A stretch of DNA of 64,000 nucleotides from NCBI GenBank assembly GCA_016235155.1, contig JACRLW010000025.1:2504-66503 (forward strand), written 5' to 3'. Both the position numbers and the translations under genes were made by a program. Within the stretch, counting starts at the first letter, position 1, and each line of letters starts with the position of its first letter. Source of the DNA: Planctomycetota bacterium. Lineage in GTDB: Bacteria; Planctomycetota; UBA1135; UBA2386. The notes beneath the pieces are model-generated. The model saw only the letters and a list, made by a program, of their open reading frames with translations. It did not search any database and was not told where the DNA came from. Shown in pieces: positions 50,890 to 59,412 of this stretch.

Positions 50890-52401
50890 TCAGCGAATCA
50901 CCCACGCACAGCGGCCGACGATCGAGAAGCGCGTCGCGAGATCGTCCTGTTCCTGGTCGAGCACTCCGTCGAGCGCGCGACGCAAGCCGGTCCGCGCGAG
51001 CACGCGACGGCGCGCGGGGTCGCTCAGGCCGTCGAGCAGCAGCACCGCTTCCGCCGCGCCTTCGACGCGCACGGGGTCGAAGCTCCCCCGCGCGCTGCGC
51101 ATCACCGAGAGCGCGAGTCCGTCGCGGCCGTCGAGCAGGATCTCGAGCGCCGCGGACTCGACGCGGTCGAGGACGTCTGCGAGTCCGCGCGACGGCCGCC
51201 GCTCGAGATGCAGGCGCAGGGCCGGCAGGAGGATCCCCGCCGTGAGCCAGAGCCGGTCGCGCACGACCTCGCCGCTGCGCGTCGCGCCCTCCCCGTAGCG
51301 GAAGGTCCGCATCGCCGGATCGAAACGCCGGACGATCTCCTCGGCGAGCGCGTCGCACGCCGCGCGCACCGGCGCGTGATCGACGTAGCGCAGCGAGGAC
51401 TCGAGCTCGAAGAGCGGCCAGGCGTCGTCGCGAAGGCGGTCCTCGGTCCCCCGCCTCGGTTCGCGCGCCCGCACGCGCGCGGCGAGCGACTGCACGATCG
51501 TGAGGACTTCGAGGAGCAGGTCGCGGTCGGCACAGGTCGCCGCGACGAGCAACGCACCGCTGGTCCACACGTGTCCGAGCTCGGGCAAGGCGTCGCGGTG
51601 GTCGCGCCCATGGCGGAAGGGCAGTCCACTGCGACGGTCGAGGTCGACGTCGACCAGGTGCCACGCGCACTCGCGCGCGCGCTCGAGCAGATCCTGGTCC
51701 CCGGTCGCGAGCGCGAGGCGAACGAAGGCCAGCGTGGTGTCGAACTCCTGGTTGGTCACGACGACCGGTTCCTTGCCGCGGAGGTAGTCGCCCCGGCCGC
51801 GCGATCCCGGTGCGCGCGGGAGCCTCGGCACGGTCGCAAGCAGTTCTTCGCGCAGGGCGCGCCCGCTGCCGTCGGCACGCGGCAGGACACCCTGCTCGCG
51901 CCAGACGCTCGCGGGGACGTCGACGCGCGCGCGCCGCGACGCGAGACCGGCCGACTCCGTCCGCAGCACCTCGCCCGCCTCGCGCGGCTCCGAACTCGTG
52001 GGTTCGGGCGCGAGCAGGAGTCGCCGCTCGCGCCGGTCGACCGTGCCGTCCGCCCAGGTCCAGACGCTGAGCGTGAGTTCGGCCGCGTCGTCGCCCGTGC
52101 GTTCGACGGCGAAGCGGCACAGCGGACCCTGCCCCGGATCCGCGGCGCGCACCCCGCCGAGCAGCAATCGGGTCGACCCGCTCGCACCGGTGAGCACGAC
52201 CTCGATCCAGATCCGCTCGCCGATGCACGGCGCGTCGGGCGCGAGCAGGGACCACTGGAGCGAGGCGCCGCGGGCGCCGTCGACGCGCAGACCCCGCTCC
52301 AACACGCGCGCTTCGACCGGCAACCCGAAGCGCACCGGTCCCTGGCCCTCGACGACGACCGTCGCGACGAGCTGCGCGACGCACAAAGCGGTGGCGATCA
52401 C
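50890..52401 (-). CDS. Exported hypothetical protein, PcRGLX-like N-terminus plus alpha/alpha toroid
   Basis: PVRFGLPV...LQWSLL; TNQEFD, LATGD, HLVDVD, GHVWTSG, RDDAWPL; start uncertain. Confidence 0.55.
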   Translation of the reverse strand: MIATALCVAQLVATVVVEGQGPVRFGLPVEARVLERGLRVDGARGASLQWSLLAPDAPCIGERIWIEVVLTGASGSTRLLLGGVRAADPGQGPLCRFAVERTGDDAAELTLSVWTWADGTVDRRERRLLLAPEPTSSEPREAGEVLRTESAGLASRRARVDVPASVWREQGVLPRADGSGRALREELLATVPRLPRAPGSRGRGDYLRGKEPVVVTNQEFDTTLAFVRLALATGDQDLLERARECAWHLVDVDLDRRSGLPFRHGRDHRDALPELGHVWTSGALLVAATCADRDLLLEVLTIVQSLAARVRAREPRRGTEDRLRDDAWPLFELESSLRYVDHAPVRAACDALAEEIVRRFDPAMRTFRYGEGATRSGEVVRDRLWLTAGILLPALRLHLERRPSRGLADVLDRVESAALEILLDGRDGLALSVMRSARGSFDPVRVEGAAEAVLLLDGLSDPARRRVLARTGLRRALDGVLDQEQDDLATRFSIVGRCAWVIR

Positions 52402-52432
52402 GGCGCGCTGGTGTGCGCGCGTGCCCCGGCGG

Positions 52433-52897
52433 TCACGCCGGATCGTCGTCCCAACGGGAACGGAACCAACGACCGCCCTCTGCCAGCCACGACAAGAAAC
52501 TGTCGTGGTAGGGCGCACGCAGCCGATCACGCAGCTCCGCGGGAGTCAGCCACGCGACGGCGAGGATCTCGCTGCCCGCCCGTGGTTCGCCGTCGTACTC
52601 CGCCACCGCGAAGAAGAACGAGCGCCACGCATGGTGCCGCGCCCCGGCCGCGATCCGTTCGCCCTCCTGCACGAACAGGAACTCCGGCGCGCCGCGCATC
52701 GCGATGCCGAGTTCCTCGTCGAGTTCGCGCGCGAGCGCTTCGAGCACGAACTCGCCGGGCTCGACTTGTCCGCCGGGCAGGTCCCAGGTCGTCGTGCGGA
52801 CGCCGCGCACGACGCGGTCGTTCTCGACCATGAGGATGCGATCGCCGCGGCGGAGCACCGCGAAGGCGCCGAGGAAGTCGGATGCTGGTCGGGTCAC
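52433..52897 (-). CDS. NUDIX hydrolase
   Basis: WDLPGGQVEPGEFVLEALARELDEELGI Nudix box; GTGA coupling. Confidence 0.9.
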   Translation of the reverse strand: MTRPASDFLGAFAVLRRGDRILMVENDRVVRGVRTTTWDLPGGQVEPGEFVLEALARELDEELGIAMRGAPEFLFVQEGERIAAGARHHAWRSFFFAVAEYDGEPRAGSEILAVAWLTPAELRDRLRAPYHDSFLSWLAEGGRWFRSRWDDDPA

Positions 52898-54054
52898 GTC
52901 GATCGGCCGAGCGCGGCTTCGTACGCCTCGAGCAGCGCTTCGGCAACGCGCGCGGGCTCGCAGGCCCTGACGAGTTCCGCCGCACGGTCCGCGAGGCGCG
53001 GCCGGCCCGCGGCGTCGAACGCGCGCACGCGAACCGCCAGGCCAGGGACCCCCTCGCTCTCCGGCGCGGGATCGGGTCCGCCGCAGGCGGCCGCGAGATC
53101 GCGTACGCCGGGGACGTCGAATCCGAGCGTGGGCACGCCTGCGGCCGCCGCCTCGACGCCGACGATCGGAAAGCCCTCGCGACGGCTCGGGATCACCAGC
53201 AGGTCGATCGCCGCGACGATCGCGGCCGGATCCGGAGTCGTGGGCAGGATGCGCAGGCGACCGCCGAGTTGCGCGGCGGCGGCGCGCAGGGTCGCGCGCT
53301 CGGGGCCGTCGCCCAGCGCGACCCCGATCGCGGTCGGCACGCGCGTGAGGAGTTCGGCGAAGAGCGCGGGACGCTTGATCCCGACCATGCGCCCGATGCA
53401 GCCGAGCACCAACGCATCGGGAGGTAGATCGAGGGCGCGCCGCGCGGCGATCTTGTCCGCGCGCGCGAAGGCGGCGGTCGCGACCGCGGGCGGGATCACG
53501 CGCACGTCGCGCGCGACGCGCAGGGTCGCGAGTTCGGCACGGCAGGACTCGCTGACCGCGACCAGCAGGTCGCTGCGCGCCGCGAACCAGCGCTCGATCC
53601 GACGCAGAGTCCACGAGCGGAAGGGACCGGCGTAGTCGGACAGCACGAGGCCGTGGAAGGTGTGCGCGATCACGGGAACGCGCCGGCGATGCGCCGCGAG
53701 ACGGCCGAGCCAACCCGCCTTGCTCGTGTGGGTGTGCACCACGTCGGGGGCGAAGGACGCGATCAACCGGGCCAACGCACGCAGCGCCGCGACGTCGCGG
53801 AGCGGAGCCACGCGCCGCCGCAGTGCGTCGAGCACGCAGATCCCGTCCGCGTCGCGTCCGGCGCGGAGCGCAGCATCGAGCTCGAGGAGGGGCGGTCCGC
53901 CGCCCGCGAGCGGCAGCGCGCTCTCGTCGTCGTCGCAGACCCCGACGACGAGGAGCGTCCGCACGCCGAGCGCGCGATGCGCGTGCCACAGCGCCAGCGC
54001 CTGCCGCATCGGCCCGCCGACGTTCGGCCGCGTCACGACGCGCAGGATCCTCAC
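52894..54054 (-). CDS. Glycosyltransferase family 4
   Basis: VTRPNVGGP, VHTHTSKAGWLGR, HTFHG, PSRREGFP. Confidence 0.9.
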   Translation of the reverse strand: MRILRVVTRPNVGGPMRQALALWHAHRALGVRTLLVVGVCDDDESALPLAGGGPPLLELDAALRAGRDADGICVLDALRRRVAPLRDVAALRALARLIASFAPDVVHTHTSKAGWLGRLAAHRRRVPVIAHTFHGLVLSDYAGPFRSWTLRRIERWFAARSDLLVAVSESCRAELATLRVARDVRVIPPAVATAAFARADKIAARRALDLPPDALVLGCIGRMVGIKRPALFAELLTRVPTAIGVALGDGPERATLRAAAAQLGGRLRILPTTPDPAAIVAAIDLLVIPSRREGFPIVGVEAAAAGVPTLGFDVPGVRDLAAACGGPDPAPESEGVPGLAVRVRAFDAAGRPRLADRAAELVRACEPARVAEALLEAYEAALGRST

Positions 54055-55796
54055 CGCACCGCCTCGCGCGCACGGTGCCAGAGCTCGTCGGCGACGAGCA
54101 GCCACAGCGCGTGGCCGAGCATCAGCGTTCCCTTGCGTTGGGCGTCGACCATGCGCCGCACGCCGCCGGGGTCGAGTGCGCCACGCTCGAGCGTGCGCTT
54201 GTCGAGCAGCAGGTCGGGCAGCGCATCGTCGCTCCGCCACCACCGATCGAGCGGGACGGCGAAGCCGCGCTTCTTCTGCGCGAAGTGACCGCGCGGCAGT
54301 TCCGCGGCGAAGCGCACGCGCAGGGGACGCTTGCCGAAGACGGCCAGCGGATCGCCGGCGACCTCGTCGCAGGCGAGGACGGCCGGGTCGAGGAAGGGAC
54401 AGCGGCCTTCGATCTGCGCGGCGAGCGTCGCGACGTCGAGCTTGGGAAGCAGATCGCCGCGGAGGTACTGCGTGATCTCGCGTTCGCGCACGCCGTGCCA
54501 GCCGGGCGCCCGCGGCGCGGGCAGGTCCGCGTGGTGCAGTTCCGGCACGAGCACTGCGCGACGGAACGCCGCCGGCGACGCTTCGAGCAGAGCCTCGTGC
54601 GCGTCGTCCGCCCGCGCGGCGCGCAGGAAGCGTGCGCCCCGCGTCATCGACAGGCCGTCGCCTGCGGGCGCGAACCGGCGCAGGGCGCGCGGCACGCGCA
54701 AGAGGACGCGCAAGGCGCGATGGCGTGGATAGCCGAGCAGCACTTCGTCGGCGCCCTCGCCCGAGAGCAGCACGCGCGCTCCGCTCGCGGCGACAGCACG
54801 CGCGAGGGCGAACACCGCGAGCACCGACGGATCGCCGAGCGGCAGGCTGGACCAGGCCGCGAGTTGGGGAGCGCGCGCGAGGACCGAAGCGTCGAGGTCG
54901 ACCGGCACGAGTTCGAGCCCGAGCCGCGCCGCGACCGTGCTCGCCTGCGCGCGCTCGGCAGGATCCTCGCCGTCGGCACGGAGCTGGAACGCGCGCGGAC
55001 GATGTCCTTGCGCGACGAGTTCGGCCGCGACGCACGCGCTGTCGATCCCGCCCGAGAGCGCGAGCGCCACGGGTTGCTCCGCCGACGCACAGCGCGCGAC
55101 GCCGTCGCGGAACGCGTGAGAGAAGCGCTGCGGTGTGCGCGTGACACCGCCGCGGTCCGTCTGCTCGAGCAGGGCGCCGCGAGCGCGGTCGACGAAGACC
55201 CCGCTCGGCACGTCGACGAGCTCGAGCCCCCCCACCGCGCGCGGTGCGCTTTGCGCGAAGCCGAAGCGCAGGAGTCGGGCGCGCTCGGCGTCGGGCAGCG
55301 TGATCGACAGGCCGAGCGCTTCCAGCGCCGGCACGGTCGACGCGAAGGCGACGACCCGCGTCCCGTCGTGCACCAGCCAGAGCGGCTTCTCACCGCAAGG
55401 ATCACGTCCCAGCCAGAGTTCGTCGCGGATCGGATCGACCAGCGCGAAGGCGTAGGGTCCGGTGAGCGCGAGCAGGCCGGCCGCGCCGTCCGCCGCGAAG
55501 CGCAGCAGCAGCAACTCGGCGTCGTTGCGCGTCCGCGCCTGCGGGAAGCGGGGCCATTGGCTCGCGGCGTCGGTCAGGGCACCGTTGAGGACGGCGACGC
55601 GGCCGCTCGCTTCGCAGCGGATCGGCTGGTCGTGTCCCCGGTCGGTGATCGCAAGGCGCGCGACGCCGAGGGACCAGTCGCCCGCTTCCGCACGGCACAG
55701 CGCGTCGCGCCCGCGCCAGCGGAGGGACTCCAGCGCTGCATCGAAGCGCGCGAAGAGGAGCCGCGAAGATCGCCGGACGCCGAGGATGCCGCACAC
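54051..55796 (-). CDS. asnB: Asparagine synthase-like glutamine amidotransferase (glycan-modifying AsnB type)
   Basis: MCGI N-terminus, RLAITD, RDPCGEKPL, LSGGIDS, LSGEGADEVLLGY, RCPFLD, KKRGF. Confidence 0.85.
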   Translation of the reverse strand: MCGILGVRRSSRLLFARFDAALESLRWRGRDALCRAEAGDWSLGVARLAITDRGHDQPIRCEASGRVAVLNGALTDAASQWPRFPQARTRNDAELLLLRFAADGAAGLLALTGPYAFALVDPIRDELWLGRDPCGEKPLWLVHDGTRVVAFASTVPALEALGLSITLPDAERARLLRFGFAQSAPRAVGGLELVDVPSGVFVDRARGALLEQTDRGGVTRTPQRFSHAFRDGVARCASAEQPVALALSGGIDSACVAAELVAQGHRPRAFQLRADGEDPAERAQASTVAARLGLELVPVDLDASVLARAPQLAAWSSLPLGDPSVLAVFALARAVAASGARVLLSGEGADEVLLGYPRHRALRVLLRVPRALRRFAPAGDGLSMTRGARFLRAARADDAHEALLEASPAAFRRAVLVPELHHADLPAPRAPGWHGVREREITQYLRGDLLPKLDVATLAAQIEGRCPFLDPAVLACDEVAGDPLAVFGKRPLRVRFAAELPRGHFAQKKRGFAVPLDRWWRSDDALPDLLLDKRTLERGALDPGGVRRMVDAQRKGTLMLGHALWLLVADELWHRAREAVR

Positions 55797-55854
55797 GCGC
55801 AAGAGACGTTAGCCGCCGCGCCCGCCTTCCGCGCGCGCGGCCGTCACGCGACTC

Positions 55855-56364
55855 TCAGCCGACCTGCGCGAACAACCAGAGGTGCCAACCAAGGAGCACG
55901 GAGTAGCCGCCGAGGATCACGGCAAGGCCGAGCTTCGCGAAGCGGAAGTTCTTGGCCACGGTGAGCACCGCGACGCAGACCCCGATGCCGAGGCTCTTGA
56001 GCGCGATGAACGGCCAGGTGCCGACGCGCAGCACGGCGTCGACGAGCGGGTTGAGCTCCGTGCCGCCGTGCGAGAGGAAGAAGATCGTGAAGAACGCGTC
56101 GAGGAAGTTGAGGGCGACGATCGCGACGACGACGAGGAAGAGGCGCGAGCCGTGCACGTCGACGAAGGCTTCGCGATCATCGAACGCGCGGCGGCCGGCG
56201 AGTTGGCGCCGGCCGCCGAAGAACGTGTAGCGGGAGAGCAGGGGAGTCGGTCGGAGACGGCGATCGGGCCCGCGGTAGGGCGCGGCGGAGTCCTCGAGCA
56301 GAACGGCGACGAGCTGCGGGGCGGGCGCGGTCACGAGGTGAGCGTACGACACGCTCGGGCGCAT
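55855..56364 (-). CDS. DUF5658-like membrane protein
   Basis: DRR...GGRR...GRR...FVD; LNFLDAFFT; GTELNPL; FIALK. Confidence 0.75.
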   Translation of the reverse strand: MRPSVSYAHLVTAPAPQLVAVLLEDSAAPYRGPDRRLRPTPLLSRYTFFGGRRQLAGRRAFDDREAFVDVHGSRLFLVVVAIVALNFLDAFFTIFFLSHGGTELNPLVDAVLRVGTWPFIALKSLGIGVCVAVLTVAKNFRFAKLGLAVILGGYSVLLGWHLWLFAQVG

Positions 56365-56437
56365 GGCGGATGCGCGGGACGGGGCTGGCGGCGTCGGGCC
56401 GGTGCCAGCGGCCTTACGTGCGCGAGATTTCCGCGGC

Positions 56438-56872
56438 TCACCCGCGGCGCGGGGTCCAGGTCACCGCGATCGCCCGGCCGTCGAGCTCGGCCGCGTAGCC
56501 GCCGTCCCAGCGTTTCGTCCCGGCGCCGTCGGGCAGCTGGCCGCGGACGACCGACCAGAGCAGTGCGAAGTCGGCTTCGTCCTTCAGCGCGAGCGCGGCT
56601 GCTCGACCGTCGACGAGCTTCTTCACGGTGCCGCCGCCTTCGCGCACGAACTCCGTGTGCGTGCCGTCGGCGTGGCTCGACCAGCGGAAGCGCGAAGCGT
56701 CGAACTCGAGTTCGCCCGCGAGCGTGCGTTGTCCGCCCGCGTCGCGGATCTCGATGCGCACGTCGCCGCGGAGCGCCGCCATCTCGGCGAGCAGCGGCGC
56801 CTCGCCTCCGCAGCCGGCGAGGAGGAGCGCCGTCGCGAATGGTGCCGGTGGAGAGCCGATGCGGGTGCGCAT
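56438..56872 (-). CDS. Hypothetical lipoprotein
   Basis: Lipobox LAGC; start uncertain. Confidence 0.55.
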   Translation of the reverse strand: MRTRIGSPPAPFATALLLAGCGGEAPLLAEMAALRGDVRIEIRDAGGQRTLAGELEFDASRFRWSSHADGTHTEFVREGGGTVKKLVDGRAAALALKDEADFALLWSVVRGQLPDGAGTKRWDGGYAAELDGRAIAVTWTPRRG

Positions 56873-56943
56873 GGTGAGGGCGCGGATCAGAACGTGCGAA
56901 CGGCGGAGCGACAAGCGGTGCCTTCGGCTCTACAACGCGCGCC

Positions 56944-58016
56944 GTGCTGCCGGAGCTGCGCCTGAAGATCCGGGTCCACGGCCGCCATCCGTGGTTCTTC
57001 CGCAAGATGATCGTGCGGCCGGAGCGGGTCGTGCCTGCGGGTTCGTTCGTGCGCGTCGCCGACCGCGACGGCCGGGCGGTCGGAGTCGGCTTCTACAACC
57101 CCCGCACCGATCTCGCGCTGCGGATGCTCGGGCGAGCGGGTGATGCAAACGCGAGCGAGGACGCGGATGCGATGCTCGCGGCCCTGCTCGACTCCGCGAT
57201 CGCGCTGCGCGACGACGTCCTGCAGTCGTGGCGCAGGTCTTCGCCCTCGGCGTGCAGAAGCGCATCGAGCGCATCGGCGAGCGACTGCTCGCACGGTGGC
57301 CGAAGGCGCGCCTGGTCCTCACGCTCGATGCGACGGCGAAGGAGCGCGAGGGGCTCGAGCCGCTGCCGCCGCCGGGGCGCGTCGAGGTGAACGTCGTCGA
57401 ACACGGCGTGCGCTATGCGGTGCGCGCGGGCCACGGCCACAAGACCGGCTTCTTCGCCGACCAGCGCGACAACCGCCAGCTCGTGCGGCGCCTGAGCAAG
57501 GGTCGCAAGGTGCTCGATCTCTGCTGCAATGCCGGCGGCTTCGCCATCAACGCGGTGCGCGGCGGCGCGCGCGAGGTCGTCGCCGTCGACCTCGACGAAG
57601 AGAGCGTCGCGCGGACCCGCGAGAACGCGGCGCGCAACGATGCGAAACTCGAGGTCCGTCACGGCGACGCGTTCGACGCCTTGCGCGAGCTGAAGTCCGG
57701 CTCGTTCGACCTGCTGGTCCTCGATCCGCCGAAGTGGGCCAACGGCAAGGACGAGGTCGAAGCCGGCGTGCGGCGCTACTTCGACTTCAACCGTCTCGCG
57801 TTCGACCGCGCCGGTCGCGGCGCGCTGGTGCTGACGTGTTCGTGTTCGGGCGCGGTCAGCGAGTCGCGCTTCCTCGCCGTCCTCCGTGACGCCGCCACCG
57901 AAGCCGGCCGCGACGTGCGCCTGCTCGACGTGAGCGGCGCGGGGCCTGACCACCCGATCGCGCTCGAATGCCAGGAGACCCGCTACCTGAAGGCCGTGCT
58001 CCTGGAGCTGCGATGA
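56944..58016 (+). pseudogene. rlmI: RlmI-like class I SAM rRNA methyltransferase, split by a deletion/frameshift near 57225
   Basis: PUA part (HPWFF..GFYNP) in one frame; GHKTGFFADQRDNR, VLDLCCNAGGF, LDPPK, PDHP, ETRYLK in another; linker EGDGLxGLxVD missing. Confidence 0.8.
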
Positions 58017-58024
58017 TCGACGAC
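57956..58024 (+). repeat. Direct repeat copy 1 (69 bp; rlmI 3' end plus ATGATCGACGAC)
   Basis: 60/69 identical to 58476-58544 by manual alignment. Confidence 0.9.
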
Positions 58025-58104
58025 AAGCCTTGGCCCGCTGTGCCGGCGCGGATCGCTTCCCCGAGGCATCACCGCGTGGTCCTGAAGCCGGGGCTGCTGC
58101 CGAG

Positions 58105-58536
58105 ATGAGTTCCCAAGACGCTTTCCCCGGCGGCGAAGTCATCGTCTATCGAGCGCCGGAAGGGCAGGTGCGGGTCGACGTGCGCCTCGAACGGGAGACC
58201 GTCTGGTTGACCCAGCAGCAGATGGCTGAGTTGTTCGGACGCGAGCGCTCGGTCATCACCAAGCCTGTCCGCAACCTGTTCAAGGAAGGGGAGCTTGGCG
58301 AGGAGAGCAATGTGCACTTCTTGCACGTTGCCGGGTCCGACAAGCCGGTCGGCTTCTACAGCCTCGACGTCATCATCTCGGTCGGCTACCGCGTCAAGTC
58401 GCTCCGCGGCACGCAGTTCCGCATCTGGGCGACGACCACGCTCCGCGAGCATCTGCTGAGCGACTGGACCAAGAAGATCGCGCTCGATTGCAAGGAGACC
58501 CGCAATCGGAAGGCGGCACTCCTGGGGCTGCGATGA
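58105..58536 (+). pseudogene. RhuM-family N-terminal fragment fused to a duplicated RlmI C-terminus
   Basis: ETVWLTQQQMAELFG, YSLDVIISVGYRVKSLRGTQFRIWAT; ends IALDCKETRNRKAALLGLR (RlmI: IALECQETRYLKAVLLELR). Confidence 0.8.
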
Positions 58537-58544
58537 TCGACGAC
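58476..58544 (+). repeat. Direct repeat copy 2 (69 bp), 520 bp downstream of copy 1
   Basis: gatcgcgctcgattgcaaggagacccgcaatcggaaggcggcactcctggggctgcgatgatcgacgac. Confidence 0.9.
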
Positions 58545-59102
58545 GCGGCGCTGCGCGCGGTCCTCGACCCCGTGCCCTCGGCCTTCGACCTGCGCGCGGA
58601 CCTGCGCCTCGCCGCGGTCCTCGTGCCGTGGATCGTCCAGGACGGTGCGGATCACCTGCTGCTGACCCGCCGCCGCGAGGATCTCCCCCAGCATCCCGGC
58701 CAGATCTCCTTTCCCGGCGGTGCGCGCGAAGGCGACGAGGACCCGGTGAGCTGCGCCTTGCGCGAGAGCGAGGAGGAGATCGGGATCGATGCGCGCCGCG
58801 TCGTCGTGCTCGGGTCCCTGCCGCCGCGCGTGAGCATCGGAGGCTTCTGGGTGCACGTGATCGTCGGTCGCGTTCCGGCCGACGTGGTGCTGCGACCCGA
58901 TCCGCGAGAAGTGGCGAGCGTGCGGGCCTGGCCGCTCGCCGTGCTGCGTGATCCGACGCGCTGGCAGGAGCGCGCGCCGGCGATCGATCCGGCGCGGCGG
59001 CCGATGCCGCACCTCGATTGGGAGGGCGAGACCTTGTGGGGACTGACGGCGAGGTTCGTGCTCGACCTGTGCGGGCGTTGCTACCCTCGCGCGCCCAGGT
59101 GA
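58533..59102 (+). CDS. CoA pyrophosphatase (NUDIX, NudL-like)
   Basis: AAVLVP, LLTRR, HPGQISFPGG, ALRESEEEIGI, LWGLTA. Confidence 0.92.
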   Translation: MIDDAALRAVLDPVPSAFDLRADLRLAAVLVPWIVQDGADHLLLTRRREDLPQHPGQISFPGGAREGDEDPVSCALRESEEEIGIDARRVVVLGSLPPRVSIGGFWVHVIVGRVPADVVLRPDPREVASVRAWPLAVLRDPTRWQERAPAIDPARRPMPHLDWEGETLWGLTARFVLDLCGRCYPRAPR

Positions 59103-59133
59103 TGGACCGAAGGTCAACGACGCGTCGTGCCGC

Positions 59134-59325
59134 GTGACGGTCGAAGATCACCCTGCGCCCTTGAAGGATCTGGAGCTCTTCCGTCGGTTTCGCCTCGACG
59201 AGGAACTCAACGCGATCACGTGGCCGTCCGGCGCCGACCTCGCGCCCGAGTTCCTCTACGAGCAGGCATCCCGAGGAGCGGATTCCGGCGGCAGTCCGCG
59301 CAGGCGAAGCAATCGGCCGGCATGA
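59134..59325 (+). pseudogene. DUF2442-family C-terminal fragment
   Basis: PLKDLELFRRFRLDEELNAITWPSGADLAPEFLY; N-terminal half absent. Confidence 0.7.
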
Positions 59326-59412
59326 CCCGACCTGGACTCACTCGCTGCGGCCGCCCGAGGCAGCAGGGAGCGACGTCGAAGACGGGGCCACGGTGACGGG
59401 TCCAGCCCGGCC

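Noticed and set aside
57956-58544. DGR template/variable repeat pair or CRISPR interpretation of the 69-bp repeat
   Set aside because: No reverse transcriptase or cas genes; mismatches are not confined to adenines; only two copies
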